From a virus, in IMG/VR virus record IMGVR_UViG_3300031521_000043, positions 1-64,000 of that record: a stretch of DNA of 64,000 bases, one strand, 5' to 3'. Under the pieces are notes generated by a model, which saw only the letters and a list, made by a program, of their open reading frames with translations, was not told the DNA's origin and did not search any database. Every line of letters begins with the position of its first letter. The first letter of the stretch is position 1. This document shows positions 59,059 through 64,000 of the stretch, in pieces. The translations under genes and the position numbers were made by a program.

Positions 59059-59134
59059 TGGCGGGATGAAGGAGATTCGAACTCCCGGTCTGTTGCGGGA
59101 CAGGCAACCGCTTTAGCCACTAAGCTACCATCCC
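59059..59134 (-). tRNA. tRNA-Asp(GUC)
   Basis: GUUGC-CUGUCCC-GCAAC; GCCA end. Confidence 0.93.
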
Positions 59135-59674
59135 AAAATTTACTTTATAGATTTCTCTAATGGCATCTTTACCATTTTCTTGTAATTCTCTAGTTCCGAT
59201 GCCGGCAAAATTCTGTGTCAATTTTGGAACATAATCAATTACTTCAAATTCTTCTTTTTCATAATTGAATTTATTCCAATTATTATTTTCTTGGTCAAAA
59301 AAGAAGATTGGTTTTTTATTATCAATCCCCATTTGAACGGCCCAACCCGTTCCTCCTGATACAATTTTTCGATTAATAAATTTACCGACGGCAAATATTG
59401 CATCCGAATTTTTAACCTGAAACCAATTCCTACAAATTAAATTTTTTACATAGGGCCAACGAACATTTGGATTTCTACCAATACCTTTTGAGGCAATTTT
59501 AACGGCTTCAAAACCTTCATCTAATTCTGGACGTTCAAGAATTTTTCTATTCTTACCTTGTTGAGTATGACCGTAAAAAGAATAAGCGATGGTGGTTACT
59601 CCATAATTATTGGCTTCATTTTCCCAGAACATATCGGAGCCAGGGCATCCGCCGCTATGACAAGTGTAATTCAT
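59120..59674 (-). CDS. SLOG/DprA-like nucleotide-binding protein
   Basis: HSGGCPGSD, RNWFQV..SDAIFAV, GGTGWAV and AGIGTR motifs. Confidence 0.7.
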   Translation of the reverse strand: MNYTCHSGGCPGSDMFWENEANNYGVTTIAYSFYGHTQQGKNRKILERPELDEGFEAVKIASKGIGRNPNVRWPYVKNLICRNWFQVKNSDAIFAVGKFINRKIVSGGTGWAVQMGIDNKKPIFFFDQENNNWNKFNYEKEEFEVIDYVPKLTQNFAGIGTRELQENGKDAIREIYKVNFGMVA

Positions 59675-60051
59675 AAATTTTTTAAGTTTCCTATGGTTAA
59701 GTGCCATGGAATTGGAATTCTTCTTGGTAATCCAAGTTCTTCACGAACATCTTCGATTCGTTCACATTTCACAGGCAACCAGAAATATTCTCCATCATTT
59801 TCTACTTCCTGACAATACTGAAAATCAATTTGGCTGTCTTGGTATTTATTCCAAAATTGTTTATGGTATTCGTCTATTATTTCATATTTTCCTGCAATAA
59901 CAGAGATATGGGCACCATGCATAGGAGGATTCAAATTCATATGACGACAATGCATATTGAGTAAATGACTGTAATATTCACAGATATCACTCTCAACATA
60001 TATCATTAACCATGTTTTGTGGTAATGCAATTTTCCTTTGCAATGGAACAT
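59671..60051 (-). CDS. 2H phosphoesterase
   Basis: Two Hx[S/T] motifs, HISV and HLTI; start corrected to MFHCKG. Confidence 0.75.
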   Translation of the reverse strand: MFHCKGKLHYHKTWLMIYVESDICEYYSHLLNMHCRHMNLNPPMHGAHISVIAGKYEIIDEYHKQFWNKYQDSQIDFQYCQEVENDGEYFWLPVKCERIEDVREELGLPRRIPIPWHLTIGNLKNL

Positions 60052-60057
60052 AAAAAT

Positions 60058-60184
60058 TGGTGGGGAAGGTTCGACTTGAACGAACAAATAGATATGCGAC
60101 TTACTGGATATGCGTCTTTATCTACAATTTTAGCACACTATGTATCCAACCGTGCGCTGCGTTTACCTATTTCGCCACTTCCCC
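60058..60184 (-). ncRNA. CCA-ended tRNA-like RNA with an expanded anticodon/variable domain
   Basis: Acceptor GGGGAAG/CUUCCCC-ACCA, Leu-type D arm, T arm GUUCG-UUCAAGU-CGAAC and a 13-nt anticodon loop. Confidence 0.75.
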
Positions 60185-60209
60185 AAATTGTCGTATTGTA
60201 TAAAATTAA

Positions 60210-60327
60210 AGAGGATTTCACTACAAGTTCCATTCAAGTTGACCGTGATGCCGTTTCACGCACCTGCCCATATGGTGGGCAAGCCTGGATTTGAACCAAG
60301 AACGTCGTTATCAATGTCTATCTCTCT
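60210..60327 (-). ncRNA. Circularly permuted tRNA-like RNA (scaffold unit B)
   Basis: Order is T arm, CUUGCCC-ACCA-UAU-GGGCAGG, D arm, enclosed by GAUAGACAUU...GAAUGGAA..GUGAAAUCC. Confidence 0.75.
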
Positions 60328-60328
60328 T

Positions 60329-60449
60329 CAGGGGATTTCACGAATCGTCTCCGTCGAGACACATTCCATTCTTTTATGATTTGAACATAACTTCCAGCCT
60401 TCACGGCTAGCGTGCTACCAGATTACACCATTTAGAATGTCTATCCCTG
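60329..60449 (-). ncRNA. tRNA-like RNA lacking an acceptor end (scaffold unit A)
   Basis: D arm, anticodon-like arm and T arm (UUAUG-UUCAAAU-CAUAA) inside the same scaffold as unit B. Confidence 0.7.
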
Positions 60450-60499
60450 TTTAGCTAAAATTAACTATTTGTACTGTCTTCAAATGCCTTTTCATAAAT

Positions 60500-60573
60500 T
60501 GGTGCATCCACCCGGAATCGAACCGAGATTAATAGGGTAAAAGCCTATCAGCTTACCATTGACTTATGGATGC
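60500..60573 (-). tRNA. tRNA-Lys(UUU)
   Basis: AUAGG-CUUUUAC-CCUAU; ACCA end. Confidence 0.92.
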
Positions 60574-60577
60574 TTTA

Positions 60578-60640
60578 CAAGATACCATCTTTTTAGTTCT
60601 GCGTATTAGGCGGATTTATTTTGATTGCTGTTGGTATCTT
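60578..60640 (-). ncRNA. ACAGCAA-stem ncRNA, short form
   Basis: AAGAUACCA-ACAGCAA...UGGUAUCUUG. Confidence 0.55.
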
Positions 60641-60645
60641 AAAAT

Positions 60646-60719
60646 TGGCGGACGATGTATACTCGTCATTATTATCATCCTATGGTGCTAACTCCACCAG
60701 CAGATTCAGACGACCATCC
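60646..60719 (-). ncRNA. CCA-ended tRNA-sized RNA without canonical D/T loops
   Basis: GGAUGGU/AUCGUCC-GCCA acceptor; UGGUG-7 nt-CACCA hairpin. Confidence 0.5.
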
Positions 60720-60725
60720 GTAAAG

Positions 60726-60809
60726 CTCCGGCCGAGGGACTTGAACCCCCATAGACCTTTTGGGTCACTGATTAACAATCAGTTGCATTACCTATTATGC
60801 TAAACCGGA
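60726..60809 (-). tRNA. tRNA-Asn(GUU) with long variable arm and no encoded CCA
   Basis: ACUGA-UUGUUAA-UCAGU; variable arm GACC-CAAAA-GGUC; U1:A72 and G73. Confidence 0.85.
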
Positions 60810-60810
60810 A

Positions 60811-61242
60811 TTAAAATCTTTCTGCTGCATGGATTTCTCCATGACAATTATGACACAACAGTTGACACTTATCAACTTCATTTTTTTGTCGTTCAAATGA
60901 CAACGTTGTTCCACTAATCTGAAAATCTTTTTCTTTTGGGTCTAAATGATGAAATGAAAGACAATTTATACATTTATTGTATCCACAAATTTCACATTTT
61001 CCACCTTTATATTCTACAAGTTTTTGTTTAACACGTGTTCTCCATGTTACAACTCGGTTTACTGCTCGATTTTTTCTTTCTTCGTTTGAAATATTTTTCG
61101 GTTGTCTAGTCTTTAAATATTTAATCAAACTTGGCCTTGACCAAGAAAATTTAATTTGAACTTGTCTTAATGAATTTCCTTCATCATAGAATTTCTGCAT
61201 CAATTCTATTTCTACTGACGTTGGTTTTGTATTCTTTACCAT
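60811..61242 (-). CDS. HNH endonuclease with N-terminal HTH
   Basis: CEICGY..FHHLDP..LLCHNCHGEIH. Confidence 0.88.
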   Translation of the reverse strand: MVKNTKPTSVEIELMQKFYDEGNSLRQVQIKFSWSRPSLIKYLKTRQPKNISNEERKNRAVNRVVTWRTRVKQKLVEYKGGKCEICGYNKCINCLSFHHLDPKEKDFQISGTTLSFERQKNEVDKCQLLCHNCHGEIHAAERF

Positions 61243-61294
61243 ATGGTTAATAACTATTATTAACCAATCGGTAAATGTAATTTTATTTTTTAAA

Positions 61295-61368
61295 TGGTAG
61301 CCCGAAGAGGACTTGAACCTCTAACTTCACGCCTATCAAGCATGCATTCTACCTTGAATTACCGGGCC
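61295..61368 (-). tRNA. tRNA-Ile(GAU)
   Basis: CAUGC-UUGAUAG-GCGUG; ACCA end. Confidence 0.9.
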
Positions 61369-61379
61369 ATTAAAATGTT

Positions 61380-61468
61380 GTTCCGTAACCACGGAATATA
61401 GTATTTGAAACTTATCGGGTTGACGATTGTGGAATCATCAACATGAACTTTGCGTTCACTTACGGAAC
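61380..61468 (-). ncRNA. Cloverleaf-like ncRNA of unknown family
   Basis: GUUCCGUAA/UUACGGAAC stem closing three hairpins, one with a UUCAAAU T-loop. Confidence 0.55.
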
Positions 61469-61534
61469 TGAAATTCATTCTTCAAATAACTGTCAATATA
61501 CTATCATGGATATTGAAGTTGTCAAGCGTGGAAA

Positions 61535-61614
61535 TGGTGGAACAGATGGGAGTTAAACCCATATAGTTCGTTTACTTCGTAACGCCATTATGCCTACGGA
61601 AGCTTTACTGTCCC
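61535..61614 (-). ncRNA. Mini alanine-acceptor (tmRNA TLD-like) RNA
   Basis: GGGACAG/CUGUUCC-ACCA with G3:U70; T arm present; no D stem. Confidence 0.6.
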
Positions 61615-61619
61615 TAAAA

Positions 61620-61689
61620 TGGTGGAGGTTTGAGGATTTTTACCCCACGTTCTATTGTCGCCCGAACAAGGCTTATCCTACATACTCCC
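61620..61689 (-). pseudogene. Degenerate tRNA-like element ending CUCCACCA
   Basis: T-like arm UGGGG-UAAAAAU-CCUCA; poorly paired acceptor. Confidence 0.4.
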
Positions 61690-61732
61690 GGCATAGGATA
61701 ATACTTTCTGAACATCACTCAATATTCATAAA

Positions 61733-61897
61733 TTATTTTAAAATCTTCAATACTAATCGAGCTTTCTTTAACTTTTGTTCGGTTTTAGAATACTCTTCTT
61801 TACTAACATTCTTTTTATAGTTTTCACTATTCAAACGTTTTTCAAGAAAGGCAATATAATCTATTTCTTGTTTAATTCGTTTTTCTTTTGCGTTCAT
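61733..61897 (-). CDS. Small basic helical protein (54 aa)
   Basis: Manual translation MNAKEKRIKQEIDYIAFLEKRLNSENYKK... Confidence 0.55.
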   Translation of the reverse strand: MNAKEKRIKQEIDYIAFLEKRLNSENYKKNVSKEEYSKTEQKLKKARLVLKILK

Positions 61898-61902
61898 AAA
61901 TT

Positions 61903-61976
61903 TGGTCGGTAAAATGAGGCTTTAACTCATATCTCATGTCCCAGTGACATGCGCTTTTCATTTTAGCTATTTACCG
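61903..61976 (-). tRNA. Atypical tRNA: Pro-type acceptor, anticodon loop CACUGGG
   Basis: All four stems pair; C1:G72 and ACCA; A at position 33; D-loop lacks GG. Confidence 0.6.
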
Positions 61977-61981
61977 AAATA

Positions 61982-62074
61982 TGGTCGGCGTGGAGGGAGT
62001 CGAACCCACGTTGTAGCATTACCATGTAATAGATTTTAAGTCTATCGCGTTTCAGCCAGCTTCGCCACACGCCG
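61982..62074 (-). tRNA. tRNA-Leu(UAA)
   Basis: AUAGA-CUUAAAA-UCUAU; long variable arm; ACCA end. Confidence 0.9.
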
Positions 62075-62081
62075 ATTAAAT

Positions 62082-62158
62082 TGGTAGTGGTAAAGAGAGT
62101 CGAACTCTTAAAATCATTATTTTGAGTAATGAATGTCTTCCAGTTGCATCATACCACC
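62082..62158 (-). tRNA. tRNA-Leu(CAA), short variable loop
   Basis: CAUUA-CUCAAAA-UAAUG; ACCA end. Confidence 0.85.
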
Positions 62159-62218
62159 ATTAAAATTTGTCTTCTTCTCCCTACACGGGCTACCGGCATA
62201 ACTGCCGCCGACTGAAAT

Positions 62219-62294
62219 TGGGGTGAGTAGGGGGAATCGAACCCGCCATAGGTAGCTTCACAGGCCACGACATTACCACTATGCTATACTCACC
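62219..62294 (-). tRNA. tRNA-His(GUG)
   Basis: GUGGC-CUGUGAA-GCUAC; G-1:C73; CCA end. Confidence 0.93.
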
Positions 62295-62349
62295 ATTAAA
62301 ATTGTTTATTTACTGTTTATTTACTGTTTATAATAAGCCCGTTCTACTT

Positions 62350-62586
62350 ATGCTCATGAATTTTACCGATGAACAATTAAAAAAAGAAAAACAAAATATT
62401 ATTATATTGATTATTTTGACTGTTATTTGGTTTGGTTTTTTTCTTCATAATTCGATTACTGTAAACAAACAGTACGTTCAAATGGAACAAATTTCACAAA
62501 CCATAGCAACTAACAGTCAACAAATTCTTAAAACTCAAGAACTTATCTTAGAAAAAGAATTGTTACTCATCGAACTTCAAAAATAA
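62350..62586 (+). CDS. Single-TM coiled-coil protein (start corrected to avoid the tRNA)
   Basis: IIILIILTVIWFGFFL followed by a Gln-rich coiled coil. Confidence 0.6.
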   Translation: MLMNFTDEQLKKEKQNIIILIILTVIWFGFFLHNSITVNKQYVQMEQISQTIATNSQQILKTQELILEKELLLIELQK

Positions 62587-62588
62587 AT

Positions 62589-62662
62589 TGGTAGCCCTAC
62601 GGAGAATCGAACTCCGGCTACATGCTTGAGAAGCATTTGTCCTTCCACTAGACGACAGGGCC
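62589..62662 (-). tRNA. tRNA-Glu(CUC)
   Basis: AAUGC-UUCUCAA-GCAUG; ACCA end. Confidence 0.9.
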
Positions 62663-62670
62663 ATTTTTAG

Positions 62671-62940
62671 AAAAGAATAATATGCTATTACGCCAAAAGA
62701 ACGGTTTCCCCAATTTTTATTATTGGTGACGACATACCAATGTTATTTCACTGGTTTTTACTGTCACAAAGTATTGTTGTCCTCCTGTCCTTCAACCGAA
62801 TACGTCGGCCTTCATATTTGTTATCAACCTTCACAATATTACAGTGGAAACTACTTTACGCCGATTCCACAAATAGACTAGGAGACTTGTTTCTACTTAT
62901 TATAGGATGGCTGCCTCTAAGCCCACCTTTTATTACTTTT
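62671..62940 (-). ncRNA. 23S rRNA L11-binding domain (H42-H44) mimic with a large insertion
   Basis: 5' GGUGGGCUUAGAGGCAGCCAUCC and 3' GGCGUAAUAGCA closed by AGUAAUA/UAUUAUU. Confidence 0.8.
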
Positions 62941-62941
62941 A

Positions 62942-63472
62942 CTAAATTGTTCCCACATACATACCCATGATAATCGCGGCACACGAACCGACGTTTAATG
63001 AACGAACTGTACCACGAGCAGGAATAGTAACTATTCTTTCTGAATTGTCAAGCATGTATTCTGATAATCCGAGTTGTTCTTCGCCGACCATAAAGATTGG
63101 TGGTAACTTTAAATTACTAAAAGGATTATCATATATTGATACCGTCTTAGATTCAAACTTAGGAATATTATTTTCTACGGAAACTAAAGAATACTTTCCA
63201 TTTATAAATTCCATAAAAGATTCTTCGGTTCTAATATAGACAGTCGGAATATAATGATGTGTTCCGACTGTACTTCGACGGTCATACTGTTTTGAACCAC
63301 CGACATAACAAAATTCACTAAATCCAAAAAAGTTGGCAGAACGTATACAATTTCCTAAATTAAAATCACCTGTCACGTGCGCCATACCAAATGCTGCCTT
63401 ATGAGAATGGTCAGAATAACTTTCCTTGATTTCTTCAACCGACAGTGACTTTAAGTAATCGTGAACATTCAT
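62942..63472 (-). CDS. SpoU/TrmH-family RNA 2'-O-methyltransferase
   Basis: NLGNCIRSA, VGEEQLGLS and IPARGTVRSLNVG SPOUT motifs. Confidence 0.92.
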   Translation of the reverse strand: MNVHDYLKSLSVEEIKESYSDHSHKAAFGMAHVTGDFNLGNCIRSANFFGFSEFCYVGGSKQYDRRSTVGTHHYIPTVYIRTEESFMEFINGKYSLVSVENNIPKFESKTVSIYDNPFSNLKLPPIFMVGEEQLGLSEYMLDNSERIVTIPARGTVRSLNVGSCAAIIMGMYVGTI

Positions 63473-63485
63473 AATTTTATTTTGT

Positions 63486-63764
63486 TTATCTAATTTTTTT
63501 CCATGACCCTAATTCATATTTTTCTAAATTTGATGTGATAAGATTATCATTACTGTCGGCCAAATAAAAATGGTCTTCCGGAATATATTTTCCTTTATAT
63601 AAATGAAATAATGTTACACGAAATGGCCAACTATTTGGATTGTCATTTGAATTAGAAATGGCCGGACTAAATATAGCTCGCCACACTTTACCATAGTTTG
63701 ACACACATTCAAATTCTTTTCCGTTTTCATAACGACCTTCTAATATCAATTTTAATTTAATCAT
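63486..63764 (-). CDS. Hypothetical protein
   Basis: 92 aa; MIKLKLILE leader. Confidence 0.55.
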   Translation of the reverse strand: MIKLKLILEGRYENGKEFECVSNYGKVWRAIFSPAISNSNDNPNSWPFRVTLFHLYKGKYIPEDHFYLADSNDNLITSNLEKYELGSWKKIR

Positions 63765-63793
63765 ATCAATAAATATTGAAGAATTTGTTTAAA

Positions 63794-63867
63794 TGGTATT
63801 CCGAAGGAGAATCGAACTCCTTTATTCGCATGGAAAGTGCGATGTATTACCATTATACGACCGGAAC
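63794..63867 (-). tRNA. tRNA-Glu(UUC)
   Basis: UCGCA-CUUUCCA-UGCGA; ACCA end. Confidence 0.88.
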
Positions 63868-63874
63868 ATAAAGT

Positions 63875-63950
63875 TGGCAGCCCTACTCGGAGTCGAACCG
63901 AGTTCGCCGGAATGAAAGTCCAGCATCCTTTCCTATTAGACGATAGGGCC
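63875..63950 (-). tRNA. tRNA-Glu(UUC), second copy
   Basis: CUGGA-CUUUCAU-UCCGG; GCCA end. Confidence 0.9.
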
Positions 63951-64000
63951 ATTCATGGATGTTTGATTGACGTCCTCACAGGGAACTTATCATTACTATA

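Noticed and set aside
60210-60449. Hammerhead ribozyme or cobalamin/FMN riboswitch identity for the twin scaffold
   Set aside because: No CUGANGA core; only a GUGAAAUCC-like segment resembles riboswitch T-loops and the other conserved boxes are absent.
62671-62940. A true rRNA gene or host contamination
   Set aside because: Similarity is limited to two short H43/H44 segments inside a phage tRNA operon.
55397-63950. CRISPR array or full-length tmRNA in the RNA island
   Set aside because: No equal-length repeat-spacer series. The G3:U70 element is only 80 nt with no tag reading frame, and permuted unit B has G3:C70 and a D stem.
56236-63952. Track ORFs overlapping RNA genes (56236-56619, 57054-57260, 57655-58222, 60019-60379, 60621-60803, 61590-61820, 62740-62970, 63761-63952)
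   Set aside because: They are translations of tRNA or ncRNA sequence and show no protein motifs.
1-64000. Stop-codon reassignment or suppressor tRNA
   Set aside because: Long genes are intact in code 11, all three stop codons terminate genes, and no CUA/UCA/UUA anticodon was found.

Overview
This 64 kb AT-rich window is from a large ('jumbo') T4-like myovirus genome. It uses the standard genetic code and is almost entirely minus-strand. It contains four blocks. (1) Nucleotide/RNA-metabolism genes: RlaP-like nucleotidyltransferase, SLOG protein, HD-like protein and GMP reductase. (2) A head module (gp21 protease, gp20 portal, gp17 terminase) followed by a fused gp47-gp46 nuclease-ATPase, primase and RuvC-like resolvase. 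(3) A long baseplate/tail module (gp6, gp25, gp5-like spike, fibre-like proteins), a gp55-like late sigma factor and PhoH. (4) A ~9 kb RNA island (55.4-64 kb) with 20 conventional tRNA genes, TrmH, a 2H phosphoesterase and many non-tRNA structured RNAs. Five free-standing homing endonucleases are scattered through the window. The most notable RNA-island elements are a compact 266-nt RNase P RNA with a minimal specificity domain, a split mimic of the 23S rRNA L11-binding domain, two tandem RNAs sharing one scaffold but carrying a linear versus a circularly permuted tRNA mimic, several CCA-ended non-canonical tRNA-like RNAs, and a twice-repeated ACAGCAA stem element. Other observations: a sense-strand TATTTATA late-promoter-like motif often 3-6 nt before start codons, unannotated MGRK micro-ORFs overlapping two unrelated endonucleases in the same register, and a candidate frameshift at an A9 run. 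All calls are by eye from sequence motifs; no searches or folding programs were run.
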